From the NCBI GenBank assembly GCA_913041415.1, contig CAJWHS010000002.1, forward strand, positions 17,994 through 81,993: DNA of 64,000 bases, written 5' to 3'. This document shows positions 45,986-55,213 of this stretch, piece after piece; position 1 is the first letter of the stretch; each line of letters opens with the position of its first letter. The notes beneath the pieces are model-generated. The model worked only from the letters and a program-made list of their open reading frames with translations, was not told the DNA's origin and did not search any database. Source of the DNA: an uncultured Acidimicrobiaceae bacterium. GTDB taxonomy: Bacteria > Actinomycetota > Acidimicrobiia > Acidimicrobiales > Aldehydirespiratoraceae. Made by a program: the position numbers and the translations under genes.

Positions 45986-46924
45986 ATGACGAGCCTCACC
46001 GCACCGGACATTGTCGACGCCCTCAGTGGGCGTGTCGTCGGTCGACGACGCGAACTTGAGGTGCTCGTCGCCGCGCTCGCCGCGGACCGCCACGTGCTGC
46101 TCGAGGGCCCGCCCGGCACCGGCAAGTCGACAATCCTGCGCGAGGTCGCCGCAGCGGCCGGCACCGGGTTCGTGTTCGTCGAAGGCAACGCCGAGCTCAC
46201 CCCGGCGCGCCTCGCCGGCCAGTTCGACCCGTCTCGTGTGCTCGAGGACGGCTACACCCCCGATGTTTTCGTCGACGGTCCCCTGGTCGAGGCGCTGCGC
46301 CATGGGTCGCTCCTTTACGTCGAGGAGCTCAACCGGGTGCCGGAGGAAACGGTCAACCTTCTCATCACCGTGATGTCGGAGGGCGAGCTCACGCTGCCCC
46401 GCCTCGGCACAATCCCGGCGGCCGATGGCTTCCGGCTGGTCGCAGCGATGAATCCCTTCGACAACATCGGCACCGCTCGGGTGTCCGGTGCGGTCTACGA
46501 CCGCATGTGCCGCATCGCGATGGGGTACCAATCCCTCGACGACGAGTCCGACATCATCGTGCGCAACACCTCCGAGGACGATCGAGTCCTTCGGCGCCGG
46601 GCCGTCACCGTCACGCGTGGTACTCGCAACCACCCCGATGTGCGCGTTGGTTCATCCGTGCGCGGGGCGATCGATCTGGTCGAAGTGGGCCACGTGCTCG
46701 CCTCGATGCGCAGGGCCCAGGTGACCGACCCCAGCGTCGGCCTCGACGCAGCACTCACCGCACTCTCGGGGCGCATCCGTCTGCACGAGGGTGGAAGTTC
46801 CACGCCCGAGTCGGTCATCACCGACCTGTGGGAAGCGGTTCTTGCGCAGGAGCACCCCCGTGACGACGACTCGTCGTCGGGAAAAGCGACCGCCCCGGAC
46901 GGGGCGACTCCGGCGTCCCCCTGA
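45986..46924 (+). CDS. MoxR-like AAA+ ATPase
   Basis: LLEGPPGTGKST..LLYVEELNR..AAMNPFD. Confidence 0.8.
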   Translation: MTSLTAPDIVDALSGRVVGRRRELEVLVAALAADRHVLLEGPPGTGKSTILREVAAAAGTGFVFVEGNAELTPARLAGQFDPSRVLEDGYTPDVFVDGPLVEALRHGSLLYVEELNRVPEETVNLLITVMSEGELTLPRLGTIPAADGFRLVAAMNPFDNIGTARVSGAVYDRMCRIAMGYQSLDDESDIIVRNTSEDDRVLRRRAVTVTRGTRNHPDVRVGSSVRGAIDLVEVGHVLASMRRAQVTDPSVGLDAALTALSGRIRLHEGGSSTPESVITDLWEAVLAQEHPRDDDSSSGKATAPDGATPASP

Positions 46925-47031
46925 CCCTGGAGGGCGATGATGCCCGCCAGGCCATCCAGGACGACAACCGCCGCACCACCCCACGACCCCAACTCGCCCG
47001 CGATCCGAAGTTCGAAGAGATCAGCCCCGAG

Positions 47032-47847
47032 GTGGGGGAGATCGACGACGACGCCCTCGCCGATCTCGTCGACGAAGATCCCGACCACGCGATGTCGTTG
47101 CTCGCCCAGATGCGAGGCGCCACCGATCAGAAGCTGGCCGCCCTCGCTGCCCGCCTCGCCGGTCGGCTCGTGCTCGACGTGGCCAAGGCAGGCCCGGTTC
47201 AGTCCCGCGGGGTGGGCACGATGGCATCGTCCCCAGCCGACCGAGTCGCCGGCGACCTCGACCTCGACGCAAGCCTCGACGGCCTCGTCCACGCACGGGC
47301 CACCGGTGAGCTCATCGATGCTGGCGATCTCCGGGTTCGGCACTGGACCCAGCCGGCGACCGCGCTAGCGCTAGTCATCGATCGCAGCGGCTCGATGAGC
47401 GGTAAGCGGCTCGCCACGGCCGCGGTCGCCGCTGCGGCGTGTGCCCACCGGGCCCCGGTCGACTGGTCGGTGCTGGCGTTTGCCGACCGGGTCATCGCCG
47501 TGAAGAGTCAAGACGACTCGCGGTCATCGCTGGCAGTCGTCGACGACCTGCTGCGGCTTCGAGGCCAGGGCACCACCGATCTGGCCGGAGCGCTCACGGC
47601 GGCCGCTCGCCAACTCAATCGGTCGCGTGCCAAACGGCGGGTCATCGTCTTGATGTCCGATTGCCGCGCCACGACCGGCGCCGACGCCATCCCCGTCGCC
47701 CGTGGGCTAGACGAGCTGTGCGTGATCGCTCCGACCGACGACGCAGACGACGCCGCCGAGTTTGCCAAGGCGGTCGGTGCGCAGTTGGCGACGGTCGACG
47801 AGCCGACCGACATCCCTGCAGCCTTCCTCAAGGTCCTCGAGCGGTGA
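47032..47847 (+). CDS. von Willebrand factor A domain protein; start uncertain
   Basis: ALVIDRSGSMSG MIDAS-like motif; LMSDCRAT. Coding-like in-frame sequence (..ARDPKFEEISPEVGE) continues upstream to 46864 without an ATG/GTG/TTG. ATG ATG at 46937 is one frame off. Confidence 0.7.
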   Translation: MGEIDDDALADLVDEDPDHAMSLLAQMRGATDQKLAALAARLAGRLVLDVAKAGPVQSRGVGTMASSPADRVAGDLDLDASLDGLVHARATGELIDAGDLRVRHWTQPATALALVIDRSGSMSGKRLATAAVAAAACAHRAPVDWSVLAFADRVIAVKSQDDSRSSLAVVDDLLRLRGQGTTDLAGALTAAARQLNRSRAKRRVIVLMSDCRATTGADAIPVARGLDELCVIAPTDDADDAAEFAKAVGAQLATVDEPTDIPAAFLKVLER

Positions 47848-48350
47848 GACATCTCGGTCTTGTCGGGGTGCTTGCAATCGCGATTTCGGCATGCGCCGAC
47901 GCCACCGACGAGACGCAACGTGTTGTGGTCGTGCGCCCGCCAGACGCCCCCCAGGCGTGGGTTGCGGTCGAGGCGACACAGACCGAGTGCTGCTACGACG
48001 AAGGCTCGACTGCCTTGCTCGAGATCACGAACCGCGACGGGTTCCGGATGGTGGAGCTGTCGTTTGCGAACCCCGTGCGGCTGCCCAACGAGCAGTTTGT
48101 CAGTCGGTTCGATCGACTTCCGGTCGGGCTGGGGCCACATACGGTGATGCTCTGGCAGGAGGACTGCGGTGATGGCTGCCCGTGGGACGAAGGAGGCGAC
48201 AACACGCGCCAGGTCGCCCCCGCCGAGGGCGCTCACCGGCTCGATCTCTGCGCCATCACGATCGACATTGCGCCCGGAGAGACCGCGGTGGAGGCCCGCG
48301 GGTCGCCGTTCGTCGGGTGTCAGTCGATCCAGGTCCGCTCGGCCCTCTGA
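47844..48350 (+). CDS. Hypothetical Cys-rich lipoprotein
   Basis: GTGA overlap with the VWA gene. LGLVGVLAIAISAC lipobox. Confidence 0.55.
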   Translation: MRHLGLVGVLAIAISACADATDETQRVVVVRPPDAPQAWVAVEATQTECCYDEGSTALLEITNRDGFRMVELSFANPVRLPNEQFVSRFDRLPVGLGPHTVMLWQEDCGDGCPWDEGGDNTRQVAPAEGAHRLDLCAITIDIAPGETAVEARGSPFVGCQSIQVRSAL

Positions 48351-48406
48351 TCGACGGCACGACTCGTACGTCTCGGGCGCTGCCCGGCCGAACTACGCTC
48401 GCCGTC

Positions 48407-48751
48407 ATGAGCAAGCCCGTCGGTCCGTACGCGCCCATCGTCCGTGGAGGTGACCTCCTCTTCACCGCTGGCCAGGTCGGCATCGCCGATGGCGCGATCG
48501 TCGAGGGCGGTCTTGCGGCCGAGCTCCGGCAGGTCTTCGTCAACCTCCGTTCGGTGCTGTCGAGCGCCGATGCCTCGCTGACCGACGTGGTGAAGACCAC
48601 AGTGTTCCTCACCGATATGGGTGACTACGCCGCCATGAACGAGATCTACATGGAGGAGTTCGGGGACCACCGTCCTGCCCGTTCTGCCGTCGCCGTGAAG
48701 GAACTGCCGCTCGGCGCCAAGATCGAGATCGAGGCCATCGCCGCCGTCTGA
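48407..48751 (+). CDS. ridA: RidA/YjgF-family reactive-intermediate deaminase
   Basis: MSKPVGPYAPIVRGGDLLFTAGQ..VVKTTVFLTDM..ARSAVAVKELPLGAKIEIEA. Confidence 0.8.
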   Translation: MSKPVGPYAPIVRGGDLLFTAGQVGIADGAIVEGGLAAELRQVFVNLRSVLSSADASLTDVVKTTVFLTDMGDYAAMNEIYMEEFGDHRPARSAVAVKELPLGAKIEIEAIAAV

Positions 48752-48797
48752 GCGGCGAACTAATGATCCGAGCTGCGGATCTGAAAGACTGAGCCGC

Positions 48798-49004
48798 ATG
48801 GACGTCGGAACGATCATCTTCATCGTCGTGCTCGTCATCGTGATGCCGGTGGGCATCTTGATGAGCATGGCCGGGCTTGCGGGAGTGATCGGCAGCCTCA
48901 TCGGACGCAACAGCGACCTTGACAACGTCACCGAAGATGGCGACCCCAACGAGTACCTGCAGCTGTCGGACGCCAATCCCTACGACGGCGCTGAGTCCGA
49001 CTGA
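48798..49004 (+). CDS. Small hypothetical membrane protein with acidic tail
   Basis: 68 aa with high GC3. Two hydrophobic helices, then DLDNVTEDGDPNEY. Confidence 0.4.
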   Translation: MDVGTIIFIVVLVIVMPVGILMSMAGLAGVIGSLIGRNSDLDNVTEDGDPNEYLQLSDANPYDGAESD

Positions 49005-49054
49005 CCGACCTTGCTGCGGCGCCCACGCCGCCGGTCAAGCAGTTCGGACTTAGA

Positions 49055-50083
49055 TCAGCGACGAGGCACGACGACCTGGCAATGCCCAGGTGTGAGCGCG
49101 AGCGTTCCTCGATCGCCGACAGTGGGCGCATCAAGGTGCCCAACCGTGAAGTACACGTCGACACCGTCGTGAACGCTTGCGTGTAAGTGCCAGCCGCTGC
49201 CGTGGTAGGCCGCGCCGACAATTTCGGCCTCACCATTCGCCGAGGCGGTGAACACGATGTCGTCGGGCCGCACCATAGCGACCACATCGGCTGGTTCGGC
49301 ACCACCGAGGTCGATTGGACCCAGCACGGTCGTGGCGTCGTCTGCGATGGGGAGGAAGCTCGCCGTGCCCATGAACGCCGCCACGAAGTCATCGACCGGC
49401 TGGTGGTACACCTCGGCCGGCGTGCCCAGTTGTCGGATTCGCCCGTTCCGCATCACGGCGATGCGATCGCCGATCGCCAACGCCTCCTGCTGGTCGTGAG
49501 TGACGAACACGGCTGGCGTTCCGGTCGCCTTCAACGCTGCGGCCACATCGTGCCGAAGCTTGATGCGCAGATTCTGATCGAGGCTGGCAAAGGGTTCGTC
49601 GAACAGCATGAGCGCCGGCGATGGCGCAAGCGCGCGGGCGAGTGCCACTCGTTGGCGTTCGCCGCCGGAGAGCTCGTGCGGGAAGCGATCACCGAAGCCG
49701 GCGAGATCGACGAGCTCGAGGAGCTCATCGATGCGGGTCTGACGCTCGTTGGCGCGGAACTCGCGCAGCCCGAAGCCGATGTTGTCGGCGACCGTGAGGT
49801 GCGGGAAGAGAGCGTGTTCTTGGAACACCAGCCCAGCGGGCCGGCGTTCCGGCGGCAGATGGTCACGGCCATCGTCGACGAGTGCGCCGGCGAGTCGGAT
49901 CGTGCCGGTGTCGATCGCCACCAACCCGGCGACCGAACGCAGCAAGGTTGATTTGCCGCAGCCGCTCGGACCGACCAAGGCGAGAATTTCGCCGGGTGCG
50001 AGTTCGAGATCAACACCGCCGACAGCGAGGACGTCTTCGTAGGTCTTGACGACGGCGTCGAGTCGAAGCGGCGTGATGGTCAT
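49055..50083 (-). CDS. ABC transporter ATP-binding protein (FbpC/PotA type)
   Basis: Start ATG 50083 (MTITPLRLDAV) overlaps the permease stop as ATGA. GPSGCGKSTLL, LSGGERQRVALARAL. The track extension to 50860 is Arg-rich and lies in the permease's alternate frame. Confidence 0.85.
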   Translation of the reverse strand: MTITPLRLDAVVKTYEDVLAVGGVDLELAPGEILALVGPSGCGKSTLLRSVAGLVAIDTGTIRLAGALVDDGRDHLPPERRPAGLVFQEHALFPHLTVADNIGFGLREFRANERQTRIDELLELVDLAGFGDRFPHELSGGERQRVALARALAPSPALMLFDEPFASLDQNLRIKLRHDVAAALKATGTPAVFVTHDQQEALAIGDRIAVMRNGRIRQLGTPAEVYHQPVDDFVAAFMGTASFLPIADDATTVLGPIDLGGAEPADVVAMVRPDDIVFTASANGEAEIVGAAYHGSGWHLHASVHDGVDVYFTVGHLDAPTVGDRGTLALTPGHCQVVVPRR

Positions 50084-51765
50084 ACGCGTTCGGCCCCTCG
50101 GGACAACTGACGCGACAGCAGGGCGACCGGGATCATCGCCACGACGATAATGGCGAGTGCAGGCAGCGCGGCTTGTTCGAAGCGCGACTCGGTCGCCAGG
50201 TTGAAGGTCCAGATCGGCAAAGTGTTGAAGCCGATCGGCCGAAGGAGCAGCGCGATCGGCAGCTCCTTCAGCGCATCGACGGCCACGAGAACGGCGCCGG
50301 TGGCGACGCTCGTGCGGGCGAGGGGGGTGTGGATCCGACGCACGATCGTGGCCGGGCGAACGCCGAGGCTTCGAGCCGAGGCGGTGACCTCCTCGGGCAC
50401 CTGGGCCATGCCGGCCTCGATGGCGTTGAGCCCTGGCGCCAGGAACCGGATGCTGTACGCGTAGACGAGACCGACGAGGGAGCCGGTGGCGACCGTGCCG
50501 GGGAGACCCAGGCCGATGCCCTCGAGTACGTCGTCGAGCGCAACCAGGCTGAGCACAACGCCCATCGCCACGACCGGCCCCGGGACGGCATAGCCAACAG
50601 CGGTGAGCCGCGCAGCGAGGCCAGTCGTTCGACCGGAGACGAATCGTGACCCGTTGGCGATGAAGATCGAGGCGAGCACGCACACGACGGCGGTGAGGAA
50701 TGCGAGTTGCAGGGAGTTGCCGAGGAACTCGAGGAAGCGTTCGGTGTTCGGGGTGCCCCTCGGCCCAGTGATCTCTTGGAATGCCCACGACACGAGCTGA
50801 AGGGTCGGGGCCAAGAACGCAAGGAGCAGCACGATGCCGCAGACGGCGATGGCGGCCCACGCTCGCACGCCCTCGAGGCGACGAGGCCCGAGCCCGGCCG
50901 CAGCGCCGGCGGCCTCACCGAAGCGGGCCCGGCCGCGCATGATGCGCTCGAGCCCGATGATCATCAGCGCAACCACCAACACGAGGGTCGCGAACTCCGA
51001 TGCGGCATCACGATCGAAGGTGCCGCGCCAGATCCGGAAGACTCCGACCGTCACCGTGTCAACGCCGAAATATTGGACGGTTGCGAAGTCGGTGATCGTC
51101 TCCATCATCACGACAGCCACACCGGCGGCGAGTGCCGGTCGAAGCATCGGGATCACGACACGACGCGCTGCCTCGAGCGGTCCGGCTCCGAGGCTCCTTG
51201 CGACGTTGTAGGCCGACCCGGCCTGGTCGGCGAGTGCAGCGCGAGCCAACAAGAAGACGTAGGGGTAGAGCACGAGCGTGAAGACCACGATCGCGCCACC
51301 CATCGACTCGACCTCGGGGAACCATGCGTCGCGACCAAACCAGTCGCGCCACTGGTTCTGCACCGGACCGGTGAAACCGAAGACTGACATGGTCACGAAC
51401 CCGAGAACGTACGACGGCATCGCAAGGGGAGCGACAAGCAACCAACCAAAGGCTTTCGATCCAGGGAAACGGTAGGCGCTAACGAGCCAGGCGAGGCTGC
51501 TGCCGAGAAAAAGGGCGCCGAAGCTCACCCCGACCAGGAGCACTGCGGTGTCGACAAGCTGGCCGGGCAGGCGCGTGTCCCACTGCTGACGCCAGACCTC
51601 GGTCTCGGGATCCAGGATGCTGATGGCGAGGAAGCCGATCGGGACGACGACCAGTGCAGCGAGCACGAACGCGCCTGCGGGCCAGCCTCGGCGGCTCGCT
51701 CGGTCGGCGGCATTCGTCTCGACCCGGTCGCCGCCCGTCTCTGCGACGGGCGCTGGAGCGGTCAT
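50080..51765 (-). CDS. Fe(III)-type ABC transporter permease (two fused modules)
   Basis: 561 aa, about 12 TM helices, duplicated permease signature. Confidence 0.8.
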   Translation of the reverse strand: MTAPAPVAETGGDRVETNAADRASRRGWPAGAFVLAALVVVPIGFLAISILDPETEVWRQQWDTRLPGQLVDTAVLLVGVSFGALFLGSSLAWLVSAYRFPGSKAFGWLLVAPLAMPSYVLGFVTMSVFGFTGPVQNQWRDWFGRDAWFPEVESMGGAIVVFTLVLYPYVFLLARAALADQAGSAYNVARSLGAGPLEAARRVVIPMLRPALAAGVAVVMMETITDFATVQYFGVDTVTVGVFRIWRGTFDRDAASEFATLVLVVALMIIGLERIMRGRARFGEAAGAAAGLGPRRLEGVRAWAAIAVCGIVLLLAFLAPTLQLVSWAFQEITGPRGTPNTERFLEFLGNSLQLAFLTAVVCVLASIFIANGSRFVSGRTTGLAARLTAVGYAVPGPVVAMGVVLSLVALDDVLEGIGLGLPGTVATGSLVGLVYAYSIRFLAPGLNAIEAGMAQVPEEVTASARSLGVRPATIVRRIHTPLARTSVATGAVLVAVDALKELPIALLLRPIGFNTLPIWTFNLATESRFEQAALPALAIIVVAMIPVALLSRQLSRGAERV

Positions 51766-51766
51766 T

Positions 51767-52786
51767 TCACTCGTAGCCCGCCTCGTCGAGCAGACGGACC
51801 GCGTCGGCGTTGAGCAGACCCCATTCGGATGCGTTGGTGCTGTCGCGCACGAACGTCTCGCCGAACTCGTTAGCGATTAAGGCCTCTGGCGTGACGGCGG
51901 GGTTTACGGGGTATTCGTTGTTTCCGTCGACGAAGGAGTTCTGCCCATCAGTGGCGAGCCATTCCAGCAGCTGCTGGGCGAGTTCGGGGTCGTCGGCGTT
52001 GGCCAATACGCCTGCGCCGGAGATGTTGACGTGCACGCCGCGGCCGTCCTGGTTGGCCCAGACGAGGCCGACCGGATAACTGGGGTCCTCGGCGAGTTCG
52101 CGGGCCAGGTAGTAGTGGTTTGAGATGCCGGCGTCGCAGCGGCCGTCGCGGATTGAGTTCAACAAGATGACATCGTTGGACATGATGTGGGAGTTGTCAG
52201 CCCATCCGGTGACCAACTCGAGCGCGGAGTCGTAGCCGAGGTTGCCGATCATGCTGGCGACAAGGGACTGGGTGTAGGCGTTCGACGAATTGCGCATGCA
52301 GACCCGGTCCTCCCATTGAGGCTCGGCGAGCTCCTCGTAGGTGGTGGGGATCTCGTCGGCGCTGAGCCGCTCGGTCGAGTAGACGATCGTTCGCGCCCGG
52401 GCGCTGAGGGCGTACCAGAAGCCATCGGGATCGCGAAGCTCCGACGGGACCGCCGCATCGAGCACCGGCGAGTCGAGCGAGGCGAACAGCCCCTGCTCGG
52501 CCGCGATCGCCAGGTTGCCGGCGTCGACGGTCATGAAAATGTCGGCTGAGGTGTCGTCGCCCTCGGCCTGGATGCGTTCACGGAGGTCGGCGTCGCGGCC
52601 CGAGAGAAACTCGATGCTTATGTCGAACTCCTCAGCGAAGGTCTCAAACGCAACTTCAAGGTCGTAGTGGCGACCGGTGTAGATCTGAATCGTGTCCTCG
52701 GAGTCACTGCCGCAGGCGGACAAGGTCAAGGCTCCGGCCGAGGCAGACAATCCAAACAGGAGCACCCGAAGTTTTGTGGTGTGCAT
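51767..52786 (-). CDS. Fe(III) ABC transporter substrate-binding lipoprotein (FbpA/AfuA-like)
   Basis: LTLSAC lipobox. IQIYTGRHYDL..ADIFMTVDAGNL. Confidence 0.75.
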   Translation of the reverse strand: MHTTKLRVLLFGLSASAGALTLSACGSDSEDTIQIYTGRHYDLEVAFETFAEEFDISIEFLSGRDADLRERIQAEGDDTSADIFMTVDAGNLAIAAEQGLFASLDSPVLDAAVPSELRDPDGFWYALSARARTIVYSTERLSADEIPTTYEELAEPQWEDRVCMRNSSNAYTQSLVASMIGNLGYDSALELVTGWADNSHIMSNDVILLNSIRDGRCDAGISNHYYLARELAEDPSYPVGLVWANQDGRGVHVNISGAGVLANADDPELAQQLLEWLATDGQNSFVDGNNEYPVNPAVTPEALIANEFGETFVRDSTNASEWGLLNADAVRLLDEAGYE

Positions 52787-52863
52787 AGGACGACACGTTA
52801 TCGACGTCTCAGGGTAAATGAACCAGCAGAATCAAGTCTGCCTAACATCAGCTTGTGGTCCGC

Positions 52864-53541
52864 TCAGACCCAGCGGCTGGTCCCGAAGCTGTACCCCACC
52901 GAGCGCACGGTCTGGATCAGGTTGGCGTGCTCCTCGCCGAGCTTGGAGCGCAGGCGTCGCACGTGAACGTCGACTGTTCGGGCACCGCCGTAGTAGTCGT
53001 AACCCCAGACCCGGCTCAGCAGAGTCTCCCGGGTGAACACCTTGCCAGGGTGCGAGGCGAGAAACTTCAGCAACTCGTACTCCATATAGGTGAGGTCGAG
53101 CGGCTTGCCGTCGATGGCGGCCTGGTACGTCTCGAGGTTCATTCCGAGCGGGCCGTACTCGATGACCTCGGCACGGGCGACCTGGCCGCTGCGACGGAAG
53201 AGGTGCTTGAGGCGAGCCTCGAGTTCGACTGGTTGGAAGGGGTTGAGGCAGAAGTCGTCGAAGAGGTCCTCGCGGAAGTCGAGCGAGGCGAGATGGCCGC
53301 CGCCGATCAGTAACAGCACCGAACCAACGTGGATGTCACCGCTTCGGATCGACCGGCACAGGCGAAAGGCTTCGTCGGGTTCGTCGCCGGCCACGACGAC
53401 TGCGCCGACCCAGCCGTCGGCGGGCTGCGCGCTGCGCGCCGTGTCGAGATCGGCCGCGGCCTTCCAAGCCCAGCCACCCAGGTCGAGAGCCTGGGCGAGC
53501 TCGGGTGGGGCGGGGGAGGGGAAGACGAGAAGCGGATCCAT
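52864..53541 (-). CDS. glnR: GlnR-type orphan OmpR-family response regulator
   Basis: Start ATG 53541, 5 nt after the glnA stop. The C-terminus LDLTYMEYELLKFLASHPGKVFTRETLLSRVWGYDYYGGARTVDVHVRRLRSKLG closely parallels actinobacterial GlnR. Confidence 0.8.
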   Translation of the reverse strand: MDPLLVFPSPAPPELAQALDLGGWAWKAAADLDTARSAQPADGWVGAVVVAGDEPDEAFRLCRSIRSGDIHVGSVLLLIGGGHLASLDFREDLFDDFCLNPFQPVELEARLKHLFRRSGQVARAEVIEYGPLGMNLETYQAAIDGKPLDLTYMEYELLKFLASHPGKVFTRETLLSRVWGYDYYGGARTVDVHVRRLRSKLGEEHANLIQTVRSVGYSFGTSRWV

Positions 53542-53546
53542 CGAGT

Positions 53547-54884
53547 TCACCAGTTGCCGAGGTAGCGCTCGAGTTCGAACGGTGTGACCCTCGACTGGAA
53601 TTCGGACCACTCGGCCCGCTTGTTTCGGAGGAACCACTCGAAGACGTGTTCACCGAGCGTGTCGCGGGCGAGCTTGGACTCTTCCATCACGTCGAGCGCC
53701 TCGTTGAGCGAACGGGGGAGTGGCTCGACCCCGAGGGTCTGACGCTCGCTTTCGGAGAGTTCGAAGAGGTTGGCGTCGGTCTCTGGAGGAAGCTCGTAGC
53801 TCTCTTCGATGCCGCGGAGGCCAGCGGCGAGGATCAGCGAGAAGGCGAGGTATGGGTTGGCGGCACCGTCGAGCGCCCGATACTCGATGCGGGCCGACTC
53901 GGGCTTGCCCTTCTTGCGGACCGGCACCCGGATCATGGCTGAGCGGTTGTTGCGGGCCCAGGCAACATACGGCGGTGCCTCGGAGGTCTCGGCCAGGCGC
54001 TTGTAGCTGTTGACCAGTTGGTTGGTGACGGCGGTGATCTCCCGAGCGTGTTTGAGCACACCGGCGGTGAACTGCTTGCCGACGACGGAGAGGCCCCCCT
54101 CATCGTCGGCGTCGTGGAAAGCGTTGGTCTCCCCCTCGAAGAGCGAAAGGTGTGTGTGCATGCCGGAGCCCTGCACGCCGTTGAGCGGCTTTGGCATGAA
54201 TGTGGCGTACACCCCACGATCCATGGCGATCTTCTTCACGACAAGCCGAAGCGTAATGATGTTGTCCGCCATGCTGAGTGCCTCGGTGTAGCGGAGGTCG
54301 ATCTCGTGCTGGCTCGGCGAGTCCTCGTGGAACGAGTACTCCACCGGGATGCCCATCGCCTCGAGCATGTGAATCGTGGTCTTGCGCAGATCGCTCGACA
54401 CGTCGGCGGTCGTGAGATCGAAGTACGAGGCGTGGTCGATCGGCTTGGGAGCACCACCCTCGGTCTCCCCCGACTCGAAGTAGAAGAACTCAGCCTCGGG
54501 AGCAGCGAAGAAGGTATACCCCTTGTTGCGGGCGGCGGCGAGGTTGCGCTGAAGGATCTGTCGGGGATCCCCCTCGAACGGGGTGTCATCGAGGCTCTCG
54601 ATGTTGCAGAACATCCGGCCCGACGGCTCGTCGGCTTTGGCCCACGGCAACAGTTCGAAGGTGGTGGCGTCGGGGCGGGCGAGGACGTCGGCCTCGTGAA
54701 CTCGGCTGAAGCCGTCAATGGCGGTGCCGTCGAACTGCACGCCCTCGTTGAACACCTGCTCAAGTTCGGCTGGAGAGATCGCCACTGATTTGAGCTGACC
54801 GAGCACGTCGGTGAACCACAGACGGATGAGGCGGACTCCGCGTTCTTCGACGGTGCGAAGGACGTACTCCTGCTCTCGGCTCAT
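53547..54884 (-). CDS. glnA: Glutamine synthetase type I (short, about 445 aa)
   Basis: IRLWFTDVLGQLKSVAI..MHTHLSLF..RVPV. The adenylylation-loop position reads NLFEL (Phe in place of the modified Tyr). Confidence 0.85.
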   Translation of the reverse strand: MSREQEYVLRTVEERGVRLIRLWFTDVLGQLKSVAISPAELEQVFNEGVQFDGTAIDGFSRVHEADVLARPDATTFELLPWAKADEPSGRMFCNIESLDDTPFEGDPRQILQRNLAAARNKGYTFFAAPEAEFFYFESGETEGGAPKPIDHASYFDLTTADVSSDLRKTTIHMLEAMGIPVEYSFHEDSPSQHEIDLRYTEALSMADNIITLRLVVKKIAMDRGVYATFMPKPLNGVQGSGMHTHLSLFEGETNAFHDADDEGGLSVVGKQFTAGVLKHAREITAVTNQLVNSYKRLAETSEAPPYVAWARNNRSAMIRVPVRKKGKPESARIEYRALDGAANPYLAFSLILAAGLRGIEESYELPPETDANLFELSESERQTLGVEPLPRSLNEALDVMEESKLARDTLGEHVFEWFLRNKRAEWSEFQSRVTPFELERYLGNW

Positions 54885-55014
54885 GACGGCTCCTCGTTGA
54901 CAAATCCGACACCTCTATGGTGCCCGATTTTCGGTGCAACGCCGATGCGGCGACTGCGTGGGTTTCCTCAGGGTGCCGGGTTCCTGACAGCACCGCCAGC
55001 GCGAAAAGTGCTCG

Positions 55015-55052
55015 TTCACACTCCGTTCACAATTGGGCAACAGGTCGGAAAT
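55015..55052. promoter_or_regulatory. Four 5-nt sites spaced by 6 nt (TTCAC-n6-TTCAC-n6-GCAAC-n6-GAAAT); candidate GlnR boxes
   Basis: Located in the 330-bp divergent glnA/glnII intergenic region. The 11-nt periodicity and half-site composition fit the gTnAc-n6-GaAAc GlnR-box architecture. Confidence 0.45.
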
Positions 55053-55213
55053 TGGCGGGTGGGACGCTCTGCCTTCGGCAACGCTTGCGCCGCCCGCCTC
55101 GCCGGTCGTGCCAGGCAGCCGAAGCTTGAGTGCATCGATATCGTCAACGCAGACGTGCGGTTCGATCGCTCCCAACCGACACCATCCCTACCTAAAACAC
55201 AAGGAAATCTCAC

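Noticed and set aside
49055-50860. 601-aa ORF extending the ABC ATPase upstream
   Set aside because: The extension is an Arg/Pro-rich alternate frame of the permease gene. The Walker-A domain begins right after ATG 50083.
52787-52863. Possible IdeR/DtxR iron box upstream of the Fe(III) ABC operon
   Set aside because: TTAGGCAGACTTGATTC matches the 19-bp TTAGGTTAGGCTAACCTAA consensus only in its first five bases. Only a weak 5-bp inverted repeat (GCAGA/TCTGC) is present.
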